64,000 nt of DNA from a virus (IMGVR_UViG_3300032038_000041:30412-94411); one strand, 5' to 3'. Shown: positions 39,597-50,081, counted from the stretch's first letter. Translations and numbers: made by a program. Notes: a model not told the origin generated them from the sequence alone.

Positions 39597-39794
39597 CTAT
39601 TTATGTGTTTTACTGCATTGTATGCTTCGGTGAATTCTTCTTTCTTGCCTTAATAGCTCTCTATCTATAAGTTCCGTAAGCTCAGGAGTTTCTTTTGTTT
39701 TCCTAATATAATTTAGTATTAATTTAAGGTCAAGAAGATCCTTTGTTCTTTTATTTCTTAGGTCTTTTCCTGTTATTTTGATTTCTTTTGTCAT
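39597..39794 (-). CDS. hypothetical protein
   Basis: Operonic ORF. Confidence 0.55.
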   Translation of the reverse strand: MTKEIKITGKDLRNKRTKDLLDLKLILNYIRKTKETPELTELIDRELLRQERRIHRSIQCSKTHK

Positions 39795-40470
39795 CTTTTA
39801 TACAAGCTTCTAAGTCTTTCTTACATTCTTCATAGTTTGGAATTGGAAATAAAGATATATCCATCTTAATTCCATTTCTCTGCCAAATCCATTTAAGAGT
39901 TGAATAGATTTCGCTTGGATCTGAATCTTTTGTAAGTTTATAGTCTTCTTTCAGCCTGAGCCCTTGTTTATCAAGATACTCTACATCTTTTGTTAGATCT
40001 TGGTAAATTTCAGAACCTTCGTCTATGTTTATATAATTTCCTGTATAAGGTAAGTAAGCCCTAAAGGAAGTTCCGTCCCAATAGAAATAGATAATTGTTC
40101 CTGGACCAAAATTATAGCAGATAGTATATTCAATTATTGGAATACCCTTTACTATAATAGTATTAAATATTTCATAATCCTTAGGACTAAAGCAGAAATC
40201 ACATAAATCTGTTTTTATTTTTTTATTAAAACTGTGCTCTTCCCCTTCATATAACAGGTTAATAAGAGTACCACAGATAAGACTAGAATTAACCTTGGTT
40301 TTATCCCAGATCTCTGCAGGTAATTTAGTCTTTTCGTCTTCTGTAAGCTCAGCTGCATAATCTAGGAATTTTTCATGAACCAAATTGTTAAATTCAGTCA
40401 TAGTTAGTCTAGGAGCTGTTATTTCTCTTCTTCCTAACTTTTGATTTTTGTTTATAACAAACTTTTTCAT
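39751..40470 (-). CDS. hypothetical protein
   Basis: 239 aa, YWDGTSFRAYLPYTGN; promoter motif upstream. Confidence 0.75.
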   Translation of the reverse strand: MKKFVINKNQKLGRREITAPRLTMTEFNNLVHEKFLDYAAELTEDEKTKLPAEIWDKTKVNSSLICGTLINLLYEGEEHSFNKKIKTDLCDFCFSPKDYEIFNTIIVKGIPIIEYTICYNFGPGTIIYFYWDGTSFRAYLPYTGNYINIDEGSEIYQDLTKDVEYLDKQGLRLKEDYKLTKDSDPSEIYSTLKWIWQRNGIKMDISLFPIPNYEECKKDLEACIKDDKRNQNNRKRPKK

Positions 40471-40511
40471 AATAGATTAAATTATTCACATTAGTAAGGA
40501 AAAAGAGGGAA

Positions 40512-40853
40512 TTACCCTAAATTAGGTATTCCCTTTGTTAGTTCTTTTAGATTTTTTACAGTTTTATATAATTTTTCAAAAGTAGAATTATCTACCTCAT
40601 CTAAAATCATATTAGTTGCAGTACTATAGATGTTTGAGTTAAAGATATATAATCTTCTATCCCAACCACTATGAAGATTAAACACCAAAGAACCATCATT
40701 TTTCTGTTTTTCGAGTGAAACAAGATCACAGAATACTTTTTGCTTACTCTTAATCTTTTTCACTTTTAAAAAACAGGTTTTGTCTTTTACTTTAAACTTA
40801 AAACTTTTACCTTCAATACTTGTCATCTTTTTCGTATCCATCACTTTTTTCAA
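40512..40853 (-). CDS. hypothetical protein
   Basis: Operonic ORF. Confidence 0.6.
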   Translation of the reverse strand: MKKVMDTKKMTSIEGKSFKFKVKDKTCFLKVKKIKSKQKVFCDLVSLEKQKNDGSLVFNLHSGWDRRLYIFNSNIYSTATNMILDEVDNSTFEKLYKTVKNLKELTKGIPNLG

Positions 40854-41124
40854 TAATACATACGTTGCTACCTTGTTGGTGAGTAGTGTAAAATTTACTA
40901 TCTATATCTTTTTGTTTAATTACTCTTCCCTCTTTAATATAGACCCTTGCCCCTTTTGGTGAAAAATCTATAACTCTTCCTATTTTTAGAGAAGTTTTTC
41001 CATTTGGATAAACTACAAGGTCTCCAATATCAAGTTTTTTGTTAAGAAGGTCTAAAACTTCATTTTTGCGATTAGTGTTTTTAAGCCGATGTGCAATAGG
41101 TTCTGGAAATTCTATAAAATCCAT
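40813..41124 (-). CDS. hypothetical protein
   Basis: Operonic ORF, LDIGDLVVY (SH3/KOW-like start). Confidence 0.65.
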   Translation of the reverse strand: MDFIEFPEPIAHRLKNTNRKNEVLDLLNKKLDIGDLVVYPNGKTSLKIGRVIDFSPKGARVYIKEGRVIKQKDIDSKFYTTHQQGSNVCIIEKSDGYEKDDKY

Positions 41125-41591
41125 ACCTTATATTTTTCAAATTCATCTTCTTCAATAGGTTGGCATTCAAATTCTTTGCCATTATATCCAGAACATGACA
41201 TTAATTTTTCATCATTATTAAAATGAACCAGCCCATCATGTTCTTTGTCAAAACGTATACTTCGCTCTTTATGAACGACTATGTTTTCACAACTAGCATT
41301 ATCAGGAGTTTCTATTTTAGTAGTTTTGATAAATATCATAACATCTCCGCTGACAGTATCAGCTTTAAAATACTTTCCGATATAATCTTTTGTCTTTTCT
41401 AAGAATAGTTTTATTAATTCTTGAAAAGCTAAGTTTACTTGATTCTGAAGTGTTTTAAGTTCAGTTATATTATCTTTCTCATAGTAAGAGAGATAATGTT
41501 TAATATTACTTAACTTATCTATTTCTAAGTTTTTAAGTGTCATCATATCTAAGGAAAATAAGGGGACTTTTAATCCCCAATATTTACCCAA
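41112..41591 (-). CDS. hypothetical protein
   Basis: Operonic ORF. Confidence 0.65.
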   Translation of the reverse strand: MGKYWGLKVPLFSLDMMTLKNLEIDKLSNIKHYLSYYEKDNITELKTLQNQVNLAFQELIKLFLEKTKDYIGKYFKADTVSGDVMIFIKTTKIETPDNASCENIVVHKERSIRFDKEHDGLVHFNNDEKLMSCSGYNGKEFECQPIEEDEFEKYKVWIL

Positions 41592-42100
41592 GTTACATAG
41601 TGAGGGAAGTATTTCTCATTACGTTCCTTTAAGTCTTTTTTATAATCTTCTTCATTCAAGTAACAAATAAGTTTCATCTCATCCTTTTTCCAAAATTGCC
41701 ACCACTTTCTCCTGCAAATTACAGTAAGAACTAATAATTTCTTTTGATTTTTTGGAATATCTTCATCTTTACTAATTCCATAAATCTCAAGTTTTTGACT
41801 TAAGATAACATCTCGTTCTTCTGCCCATTTAGCATATTTATGTCGATTAATGAAGATTATAGGTTTTTTATTACTTGGGACTGTACGATTATAACAAAGC
41901 TGCTGTGCTAGAATACAGTAATGTTCTTCCTCTTCTTTTATTCTAGCATCATCTTCCCAACCATCAAGATGCCCTTCTCTCTTAAACCGGTCTTTAATGT
42001 CCTGTACTAATGATTCTGCTTTCTGTTTTTCAGTAAATCCTGTACAATCTATCCATTCTCCATTAAAGAGAACCTCTATATTATAAAATTTTCTAATCAT
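41570..42100 (-). CDS. hypothetical protein
   Basis: Operonic ORF. Confidence 0.7.
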   Translation of the reverse strand: MIRKFYNIEVLFNGEWIDCTGFTEKQKAESLVQDIKDRFKREGHLDGWEDDARIKEEEEHYCILAQQLCYNRTVPSNKKPIIFINRHKYAKWAEERDVILSQKLEIYGISKDEDIPKNQKKLLVLTVICRRKWWQFWKKDEMKLICYLNEEDYKKDLKERNEKYFPHYVTWVNIGD

Positions 42101-42105
42101 AACAT

Positions 42106-42435
42106 TTATAAGGAATTCTCGATAAACCTATATCTTATCAAGTAATCAGGGATTTGTGGTCTTGTTTTATATTCCCACCATTCAGATCCATCATACTCCC
42201 CTCGTTCAGCCCAATCTCCATTTTTAAACCAGATTAGACCATATAACTCTTGACCTCCGTAACCGTTGTCATATTCAATCTCTCTTAATGTTTCTAAGAT
42301 TTTATCTAATTCTTCTTTTGAATAATTTTGTTGAAGTCTTATTTCTTTTTTCCCGCAAACATTAATTTCCAGACATTCAATATAACTAAAATCGTTCTTT
42401 AAAAACGCTGATAATTCATTATATGCATTTATCAT
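42106..42435 (-). CDS. phage hypothetical protein
   Basis: YDNGYGGQELYGLIWF...EYDGSEWWEY. Confidence 0.75.
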   Translation of the reverse strand: MINAYNELSAFLKNDFSYIECLEINVCGKKEIRLQQNYSKEELDKILETLREIEYDNGYGGQELYGLIWFKNGDWAERGEYDGSEWWEYKTRPQIPDYLIRYRFIENSL

Positions 42436-42480
42436 ATTATAAAAAATAACCTAGAGCCTTTACCCTGGGATTTTAATATC

Positions 42481-43683
42481 TTAATCAAAGTAAGCATTAT
42501 ATGCATTGTAATTTGTATACAATGAAGGTTTAGATGCAGGATTAAGTACCTGATAAAACCAAATTTCCTCATCATACTTGGTTACAATGATATTCTTTCG
42601 AGTATCAATCTGAACAATCTCTTCCTCATTAAATTCATCACCAACTTTAAGAGATTTAATCTTAGAGTCTGATTTAATATAAGAATATGACATGCTATTG
42701 AAATCTCTATGACGAATATTTTGCCATTCCTGAAGCTTTTTCTGCTCCTCTTCAGTAGGATTCTCACAATCCTTTACAATAGGACGAGGCGTAGGATTGT
42801 CATATTCTTTCGACTGCTTAGCAAATAGAGAGATAAGATTTCCTTTATTCTTTTTCATATTCTTCATATCACATTCTTCTAGATAGCCACGTATACAACG
42901 GTAATCATAGGAGTTAGTAGATACATTGAAGAAATTCTTTGCTTTTTTAAACTGGTCAATACCATGGATATTAACTTCACTAACGATAGCCTTTAGAATA
43001 TCAATTGTTGAAATCTTAAGAGTATCAATGTACTCTACTAAGTCGTTAGTACAAGACTTATCATTCAGGTTATCTTCCAAGTACTCTTTTACAGTAGAAA
43101 GCTCAAGATTTCCAAATTCTTTGATGTATCGAATGCGACTTGGACGATCAAGAAGATTTTCATTAACAGATAGGCTGTTCGTAGTGAGAAGGAATACCTT
43201 ACGATATCCAATATTATAAACACCATCCATAATCTGAAGGACAGTAGAATCCTTTTCACTAAAATTCTTCTCAAATTCATCAAAGAAGAGCGTACAATCA
43301 AAGTTAAAGCCAGATAAATACTCAATCATGCTTTGATTCATTTCACCCATATCTTTTACAATGATAATAGGTAATCCTAGGAGATTTGCTAGAACTTTAC
43401 TTGATACAGTTTTACCTGCACCACGTACTCCGTTCATCATAATACCAAGATTTCCAGTAGTTTCCTGGAAGGTCTTATATACATACTGCACAAATGAAGT
43501 TTGCAAACCATAAATCTTATAGTCAAATACAAACTTATCTGCATAGCGCTGTAAATACCATCCTCTACCCATTGCTTCAAAGCAAATATTGTAGATACCT
43601 ACAGGAAGTTTATCAACGTTACTAAAATCTCCTTCTACTCTCTGAAAATCATTACCACGCTTCAACCAAGATACTTTTGTCAT
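42481..43683 (-). CDS. AAA+ ATPase
   Basis: GVRGAGKT, FFDEFEK, LLTTN, DRPSRI. Confidence 0.85.
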   Translation of the reverse strand: MTKVSWLKRGNDFQRVEGDFSNVDKLPVGIYNICFEAMGRGWYLQRYADKFVFDYKIYGLQTSFVQYVYKTFQETTGNLGIMMNGVRGAGKTVSSKVLANLLGLPIIIVKDMGEMNQSMIEYLSGFNFDCTLFFDEFEKNFSEKDSTVLQIMDGVYNIGYRKVFLLTTNSLSVNENLLDRPSRIRYIKEFGNLELSTVKEYLEDNLNDKSCTNDLVEYIDTLKISTIDILKAIVSEVNIHGIDQFKKAKNFFNVSTNSYDYRCIRGYLEECDMKNMKKNKGNLISLFAKQSKEYDNPTPRPIVKDCENPTEEEQKKLQEWQNIRHRDFNSMSYSYIKSDSKIKSLKVGDEFNEEEIVQIDTRKNIIVTKYDEEIWFYQVLNPASKPSLYTNYNAYNAYFD

Positions 43684-43786
43684 AATTTTTCTACTTATTT
43701 TAATTTAAAAAATTGTTATCATGTTTAAGGAATTACCACCTTATAAATAGACGAAATTCCTTACTTATGAATTAAAATAAAAAGTT

Positions 43787-44962
43787 ATGATGTTTAGTAT
43801 TTTAGACACAGATTTGTATAAAGCAAGTACAAGTTTTGCATATTGGAAATTATATCCATTAGCAGAAGGTACATTTAAGTTTAATGATCGCAATGGTGAA
43901 GAGTATGATGAGGAATTTGTAGATCAACTCAAGCTAGAGTTTGCGAAGTTAAGTACTCTTAGACTGAGAGATGAAGAATTTAATTGGGCAGTAAAGACCA
44001 TTACGTACATAGATCAACCGTATTGGGAATGGTTGAAGACTTTTAAGTTTGAACCATCACTGATTAATGTCTGGTTAGATGAAAATAAACATCTTCAAAT
44101 TGAAGTTACAGACAAACTATATAAAGTGACTTGGTATGAAATTCCAATCCTAGCAACTGTTAGTGAATTAAGAAATAGATATCGAGGTTATACAGCATAT
44201 TATGAAACCATGATTGATATTTTAGATAAAAAGATAGATTTTTCTAATGCATTTAATCTTAAGTTTTCAGAATTCGGTACACGTCGCAGATATAGTGCTA
44301 TGTCTTTTGAAAGAATTGTAACTCATCTTAAAAAGCGATGTCCAGTTAATTGTGTAGGTACCTCTAACATGTATTTTGCAATGAAATTAAAAATGACTCC
44401 TGTGGGTACGCATCCTCATGAGTGGATACAATTTCATGCAGCAGTATTTGGATATAAGAGAGCTAATTACCTAATGTTAGAGGATTGGATAAAAATTTAT
44501 CAAGGAAATCTTGGAACTGCATTAGTAGATACATTTACTACTAAGTCTTTTCTAAGAACTCTTACTAGACAACAAGCACTACTGCTTCAAGGATATCGTA
44601 TCGATTCTGGTGATAATTTCGCTCTTGGAAATGCAATTATTGAAAGACTTCGTGAGTTTGGGATAGATCCAAAAACAAAACTTCTGGTATTTAGCAATGC
44701 CTTAGATTTCCCAAAGTATAAAGAAATTGTTGACTATTTTGGGAATCGGATACAAGTTAGTGCTGGTATTGGAACTAATATTACATGTGATCCAGGAATC
44801 GAAGGATATAAGCCGGCAAATATCGTAATGAAGTTGAGCCGATGTAGAATTAGTAATAAAGATCCTTGGGAAAAATGTATAAAGATATCTGATGATATTG
44901 GTAAACATATTGGAGATAAAAAAGAGTTTGATATAGCAAAATATGAATTACATTTAGATTAA
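43787..44962 (+). CDS. pncB: nicotinate phosphoribosyltransferase
   Basis: LDTDLYK, EFGTRRR, GTSN, PVGTHPHEW, RIDSGD, GIGTN, KISDD. Confidence 0.93.
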   Translation: MMFSILDTDLYKASTSFAYWKLYPLAEGTFKFNDRNGEEYDEEFVDQLKLEFAKLSTLRLRDEEFNWAVKTITYIDQPYWEWLKTFKFEPSLINVWLDENKHLQIEVTDKLYKVTWYEIPILATVSELRNRYRGYTAYYETMIDILDKKIDFSNAFNLKFSEFGTRRRYSAMSFERIVTHLKKRCPVNCVGTSNMYFAMKLKMTPVGTHPHEWIQFHAAVFGYKRANYLMLEDWIKIYQGNLGTALVDTFTTKSFLRTLTRQQALLLQGYRIDSGDNFALGNAIIERLREFGIDPKTKLLVFSNALDFPKYKEIVDYFGNRIQVSAGIGTNITCDPGIEGYKPANIVMKLSRCRISNKDPWEKCIKISDDIGKHIGDKKEFDIAKYELHLD

Positions 44963-44964
44963 TT

Positions 44965-45165
44965 ATGGATAATGAGAAACAAGCTAGTGGTGGCATTGGT
45001 TTTTGTGGACTTTTAACCATCGCATTTATAGTATTAAAACTATGTAATGTAATAACATGGTCTTGGTGGTGGGTTCTTAGTCCTTTATGGATTCCTATTG
45101 CCCTGGTAATATTAATATTGGCAATACTTTTAGCTATACTTTTGATTAAACAAGCATTTATCTAA
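44965..45165 (+). CDS. small membrane protein (LKL...WSWWWV family)
   Basis: LLTIAFIVLKL..WSWWWVLSPLW. Confidence 0.75.
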   Translation: MDNEKQASGGIGFCGLLTIAFIVLKLCNVITWSWWWVLSPLWIPIALVILILAILLAILLIKQAFI

Positions 45166-45245
45166 AGACTTTGAGGAGGTGAGTAAAATGCTCTTCTCCT
45201 CTTTTATTTTCCTTATTTTTGAATGAACTTAAAATATAACTTGAT

Positions 45246-45536
45246 ATGGATGAGAGTATAATTCAAAGAATTCGTTTTGCTAAGGCCAAAATTCGAAATA
45301 TCCCCTACTATTGGGCGTATGATGAATCCCTTGGTGAAGAAAGATCAAGAAAACAGTATATGCATGTCTTAAGAAGTTTTAGAAGACAACTTGAGTTATT
45401 AATACCAATGATTGATTCAAAAACGAATATAGGAGATATAAAATTATTCAAAGAAATAGTTAATTTAATATCTCCAAAGATAAAAACTAATGAGTGTGGA
45501 GACACAATAGCAAAATTTCCTAAAAATGTCCAGTAG
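45246..45536 (+). CDS. hypothetical protein
   Basis: First ORF after the promoter at 45185-45221. Confidence 0.65.
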   Translation: MDESIIQRIRFAKAKIRNIPYYWAYDESLGEERSRKQYMHVLRSFRRQLELLIPMIDSKTNIGDIKLFKEIVNLISPKIKTNECGDTIAKFPKNVQ

Positions 45537-45927
45537 TAAAAAAAAGAAAGAGCGTCAACGTCTGAGATATGAAAAGAATGTTCAAAAAGAGACAGAACAT
45601 AAAAAACATGCTTGGGATAATGGTAAGCTAATTGAGGAAAATCATAACCAAGGGCCATATAGTGAAAATTATACAATAGCTCTCAGTCAAAGATTAGTTC
45701 AATATATTAGTCAAGAAAGAGAACGAGCGCTACAAACAGAAACTCCAGCTCAGGAGTATGTTAGAGGATTTAGAAAATATAAAATAAAAATTCAAGATCT
45801 TATTTTACATTGGAATCCATTAATTCCAAGAGGGATTGAATATAATTTTCTAAAAACTCTTCTTGAAGTTTATTGGGATGAGGTTCTAGCAAATCAAAAT
45901 GATGCGGCATTGTTATCAGTTTTATAA
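45526..45927 (+). CDS. hypothetical protein
   Basis: Overlapping operonic ORF. Confidence 0.7.
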   Translation: MSSSKKKKERQRLRYEKNVQKETEHKKHAWDNGKLIEENHNQGPYSENYTIALSQRLVQYISQERERALQTETPAQEYVRGFRKYKIKIQDLILHWNPLIPRGIEYNFLKTLLEVYWDEVLANQNDAALLSVL

Positions 45928-46195
45928 AAATACTTGGAGACGAGATAGAAATATTAATAAAATTCAAGATGCAATAAAACATCCTGAAGTTATTACTAAT
46001 ACTAATCGAGCTATAATTTTATTCGATATTATTAATAACCAAGGACAAAAATGGGCAAATGAAATAAAAATTAATACTCCAATATCAGATAATGATCCAG
46101 AGATTATTTATAAAGAGATAGTAGGCAGACTTCGACTTTCTGGTTTTAAATCTACTTTTAATATAGTATGCGTAGTTGGAAACATGACAGGTTAG
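45899..46195 (+). CDS. hypothetical protein
   Basis: Overlapping operonic ORF. Confidence 0.6.
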   Translation: MMRHCYQFYKNTWRRDRNINKIQDAIKHPEVITNTNRAIILFDIINNQGQKWANEIKINTPISDNDPEIIYKEIVGRLRLSGFKSTFNIVCVVGNMTG

Positions 46196-46380
46196 TATAT
46201 TGTATTACAAAAAATAGATTTAATAAAATAGAAAAAAAGAGATGTATTTTGGGGACTGATGATGTTTCTATATCTGCAACTTATGTAGATACAATGGAAA
46301 CTAGTTCAGAAAAAATTCTAGAAACTCTTTTAAATCAATTACCACAAGGAATGTCTCTTAAAAAGATATTATATGATTAG
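46168..46380 (+). CDS. hypothetical protein
   Basis: Overlapping operonic ORF. Confidence 0.55.
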   Translation: MRSWKHDRLVYCITKNRFNKIEKKRCILGTDDVSISATYVDTMETSSEKILETLLNQLPQGMSLKKILYD

Positions 46381-46747
46381 ATCACTCATTAAACCAAGAA
46401 AAGAAAGAATCGATGAGAGATCAACTTATCTTAAGATTCTTCCAGAATTTCTATCTATAGTATTTTTATTTACAAAATTATTTGAATTACTAACAAATAA
46501 TAGAAGAGATACTAGTAGTGAAGATTATAAAATCATAAAACATTATAAATCTTTACTTGACGATAGAACAATTTGCTGGATTGAGGTTCCATATGTTTAT
46601 ATAGATATTAGAGGAAAAGAACATTATACGTCATGTACAATGCAAAAAAATAGTTTTACTACTATAAAAAAGTTTAGAGAAAATATTGTAGATTATTGTA
46701 AGAAAAATAAATACATATTCAAAGGATTTAGATATGATAAACGATAA
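46373..46747 (+). CDS. hypothetical protein
   Basis: Overlapping operonic ORF. Confidence 0.6.
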   Translation: MIRSLIKPRKERIDERSTYLKILPEFLSIVFLFTKLFELLTNNRRDTSSEDYKIIKHYKSLLDDRTICWIEVPYVYIDIRGKEHYTSCTMQKNSFTTIKKFRENIVDYCKKNKYIFKGFRYDKR

Positions 46748-47189
46748 TGTACTGATTAAGTATGAAAGAGCTAGGGGTCATAGAACTGACTGGCCAGATA
46801 TTGTAATTGCTATGAAGGATAGAATAAAAGAAATGAAACTTGGATTTCCCGGAATTGGCAATGATCATATGACATTAGTTCCATATAATACAATAGAACA
46901 GGGAGAAATATTTATCTATGATCTATATGTTGAATCAATGACTAGAGGAGATGAAGCACCTCTTATGTTAAAAGCACTTGGAAATAATCAATTTTATATC
47001 ATGGGAATTGGTTGTGGCGTAGATAGTATTAGAGATCCAGATCGAATTAAGTTTAGATATGGAAATACAATATGGCTTCCAGGAATAAATCCAGATTTCT
47101 TAGTATTTAGAGTAGATGTTAGACCAACACTCAATGGAGGACCAGGATATTACTACTTCTTCAAGTCCTATAGAGACTTTAGAATATGA
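46734..47189 (+). CDS. hypothetical protein
   Basis: Overlapping operonic ORF. Confidence 0.7.
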   Translation: MINDNVLIKYERARGHRTDWPDIVIAMKDRIKEMKLGFPGIGNDHMTLVPYNTIEQGEIFIYDLYVESMTRGDEAPLMLKALGNNQFYIMGIGCGVDSIRDPDRIKFRYGNTIWLPGINPDFLVFRVDVRPTLNGGPGYYYFFKSYRDFRI

Positions 47190-47451
47190 TCTTATTTCTG
47201 GGGAAGTATTTAAATTTTGTGTAGATACATGGAATCTTCCCAGTCATTTTATAGACAGAGATAATTTTCTTGAAATGACATTTAAACCAGAATTATACGT
47301 ATGGTATAGGATCACTGTATGGCTTGAAAATAATGACCAAAGATGTCATTTTAGATTTGAAAAGAGTTCTAGATGGGTAGAATTCACACCTGAGGTTGGA
47401 TCTAATCTAATGGAAATTTTTAAGAAATATTTTAAGTATTTTTATGGGTGA
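47116..47451 (+). CDS. hypothetical protein (start uncertain)
   Basis: Overlapping operonic ORF. Confidence 0.55.
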   Translation: MLDQHSMEDQDITTSSSPIETLEYDLISGEVFKFCVDTWNLPSHFIDRDNFLEMTFKPELYVWYRITVWLENNDQRCHFRFEKSSRWVEFTPEVGSNLMEIFKKYFKYFYG

Positions 47452-47767
47452 ATATGAATTTATAAAAAGATACTATGGTACTAAGCAAGAAACAAATAGC
47501 TCCATTGATGATATTATAGATATTCTAAATGAATCTTTCAAAGAGCTTCCTAAAAGAGTAATCACTCAAAGAGATAATCTAGTGGAAATAGTATATGGAC
47601 AGGATTTATTTTTATCAATTTCAGCAGTAAGAGATAGTATCCAGGTAAAATGGAATTATCTTAATGATGTTGCTAATCGAATTGATGTAATAATCGAACT
47701 TAATCCAAGTGCTAATTTCGATAAAAAGATGGGATTGATAATTCAATTATTATCAGATTGCTTATGA
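47444..47767 (+). CDS. hypothetical protein
   Basis: Overlapping operonic ORF. Confidence 0.65.
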   Translation: MGEYEFIKRYYGTKQETNSSIDDIIDILNESFKELPKRVITQRDNLVEIVYGQDLFLSISAVRDSIQVKWNYLNDVANRIDVIIELNPSANFDKKMGLIIQLLSDCL

Positions 47768-48087
47768 AAACTAGTTATAAGATCAAGATCACCTCAAAGA
47801 AAACGTTATTATTAATTTGGGCAATAGATGAAATTCTTTTAGAATGGGGCAAGCCAGATTACTATGACACTGGATTACTGGAAAATTTTGAATTTATTTA
47901 TAAATTACCTAACCTTAAGATAACCGGATATTTTGATTCAGGGGATGAAGGGATAACAGTAGAATTATTTGATTCTGTAACTTCATTATATATAGATCAT
48001 GTTTTGCTTAACTTAGGTAGTACTGAATCTCAGATTAGAGAAGAATTAAAAGAGTTTTTAATTAGGAATTTGGAAGAATTAGGCTAA
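47758..48087 (+). CDS. hypothetical protein
   Basis: Overlapping operonic ORF. Confidence 0.65.
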   Translation: MLMKTSYKIKITSKKTLLLIWAIDEILLEWGKPDYYDTGLLENFEFIYKLPNLKITGYFDSGDEGITVELFDSVTSLYIDHVLLNLGSTESQIREELKEFLIRNLEELG

Positions 48088-48176
48088 AAATAAGCCTTTT
48101 CTTTTACAAAATGCGCTAATTAAGAGCTCAATTCTTTATACATGGAAGTAACTAAATTTTAATTTAAATAAAATAT

Positions 48177-48440
48177 ATGATAATAGCAATTGGAAATAAA
48201 ATTTTGACTCAAGTTAAAAAGAACACTGAGCCTGTAGAGAAGGTCGGTGTATTTGTTGTACCTAATACTAATGATGTTTATGATACTGTAAATGTTATTA
48301 GTGTCGGTGAAGAAATCAAAGCTAATATTAAAGCTGGAGATACTTTATTGATTTATAAAAATTCAGGTACAGACTTTGAAATTGATGGAGAAAAATATAG
48401 AACTATTTCAATTACAGATATTTTAGCAAAGAAAGATTAA
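48177..48440 (+). CDS. groS: co-chaperonin GroES
   Basis: VISVG, IKAGD, GTDFEIDGEKY, DILA; 1 bp upstream of groEL. Confidence 0.85.
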   Translation: MIIAIGNKILTQVKKNTEPVEKVGVFVVPNTNDVYDTVNVISVGEEIKANIKAGDTLLIYKNSGTDFEIDGEKYRTISITDILAKKD

Positions 48441-48441
48441 A

Positions 48442-50061
48442 ATGGAAGGAAAAATTATTAAACAAGGAACTTCTGCACAAGAAGCTATTATAGAGGGTGT
48501 AGTTAAAACAGTTGATGCTATCAAGACGACAATTGGACCTGCTGGTAAGGGTGTTGCTTTGATTAATATGGGATTCCCTGAGATTACAAGAGATGGAGCA
48601 ACAGTTGCTAAGTCTATTCAATTCTCAGACCCTGCACAAAATATCGGTGCACAAATGGTAAAAAAAGCAGCAACACTTACAGAAGAGCAAGCAGGCGACG
48701 GAACCAGTTCAACAAGCCTTCTTATTAAAGAACTATGTTTGAAAGGCCGAAAAGCTGTTCAGACTGGATCTAATGTTAATGAGGTAAAATCTGGTATGTT
48801 AAAAGCAGGAAAGTGGATGGATGAATTTATTAAAAAGTCTTCTACTCCAATTAATGGTGACTTTGATCTAATTGGTAAAGTAGCTACTATTTCTGCTAAC
48901 AACGACCCAGAGGTAGGTGCCCTGGTTGTTCAGGGAATGAAGCAGGTTGGAATTGATGGACTTCTTACTGCAGATGCTGCATCTGGACTTGATACCGTAA
49001 TTGATATTACAACAGGTATGAAGCTAGACCGAGGTTGGAGTTCTCCTCAATATATTACTGATCCTACAACAGGTGAATGTGTAATGGAGAATCCTTATGT
49101 CCTCGTAGTAAGTGAAAAGATTTCATCAGTGAATCAAATAGCACCTCTTATGCAATCTCTTATGAATGAAGGAAATGGACGTCCAATGCTTATCCTTTGT
49201 GATAGTATTGATGATAATGTAAACACTGTACTCATTCTTAATGTATTGCGTGGAGCTTTACGCTGCTGTGTCGTACAAGGTGTTGATTTTGGTGATAATC
49301 GCAAAAATCTTATGAATGATGTAGCAGTTGCAACTGGAGCTACATATATTTGTGCTGAGAATGGTATTGCAATGGCAGACGCTACTCTTGCAAATCTAGG
49401 AGGTGCTAATAAGGTAGTTGTTTCTAGAGACTCTTGTATTATCTATGAAGGTCAGGGTGATCCTCAAGAGCTACAAAATCTAGCTTCTAATCTTAAAGCA
49501 CGAATGTCAGATCCTAAAAATAGTGATTATGATAAGTCTAAATTTGAAAAGCGACTTGCCAACCTAACTGGAGGTATTGCTATTATAAAAGCTGGTGGAG
49601 CAACTGAGGCTGAGAAGATGAATCGAAAGGCAACTATTGAGGATTCTATTTTAGCTGCAAAAAGTGCTATTGCCGAAGGATTTGTTCCTGGCGGTGGTTA
49701 TGTATACTTTAAAGGTGCTCAAACAGTAGAACGAGATAAAACCTTCTGGAAGAACTTAAAGGGTGATGAAATAGAAGGAGCACGTATCGTTTTCTCCAGT
49801 CTTCCTATCGTAATGAGGACGATTGCTGAAAATAGTGGTACTTCAGGTGATGTTATTCTTGAAAGCATTAGGCATAAAAAAGATAATGTGGGCTATAATG
49901 CAAAAAAGAAACATTTTGCCAACCTTCTAGATGATGGTATTCTAGATAGTGCTAAAGTTATTCGTGTTGCATTGGAAAATAGTATTTCTACTGCATCTAT
50001 GATCCTACTAACAGACTGCATTATTATGGATGAACCAGAAAACAAGATTAAAGAGGAATAA
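48442..50061 (+). CDS. groL: chaperonin GroEL
   Basis: TIGPAG, ITRDGATVAK, AGDGTS, VATISAN, GMKLDRG, KRLANL, VPGGG. Confidence 0.95.
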   Translation: MEGKIIKQGTSAQEAIIEGVVKTVDAIKTTIGPAGKGVALINMGFPEITRDGATVAKSIQFSDPAQNIGAQMVKKAATLTEEQAGDGTSSTSLLIKELCLKGRKAVQTGSNVNEVKSGMLKAGKWMDEFIKKSSTPINGDFDLIGKVATISANNDPEVGALVVQGMKQVGIDGLLTADAASGLDTVIDITTGMKLDRGWSSPQYITDPTTGECVMENPYVLVVSEKISSVNQIAPLMQSLMNEGNGRPMLILCDSIDDNVNTVLILNVLRGALRCCVVQGVDFGDNRKNLMNDVAVATGATYICAENGIAMADATLANLGGANKVVVSRDSCIIYEGQGDPQELQNLASNLKARMSDPKNSDYDKSKFEKRLANLTGGIAIIKAGGATEAEKMNRKATIEDSILAAKSAIAEGFVPGGGYVYFKGAQTVERDKTFWKNLKGDEIEGARIVFSSLPIVMRTIAENSGTSGDVILESIRHKKDNVGYNAKKKHFANLLDDGILDSAKVIRVALENSISTASMILLTDCIIMDEPENKIKEE

Positions 50062-50081
50062 TAAATATTACTCTACTAGAT

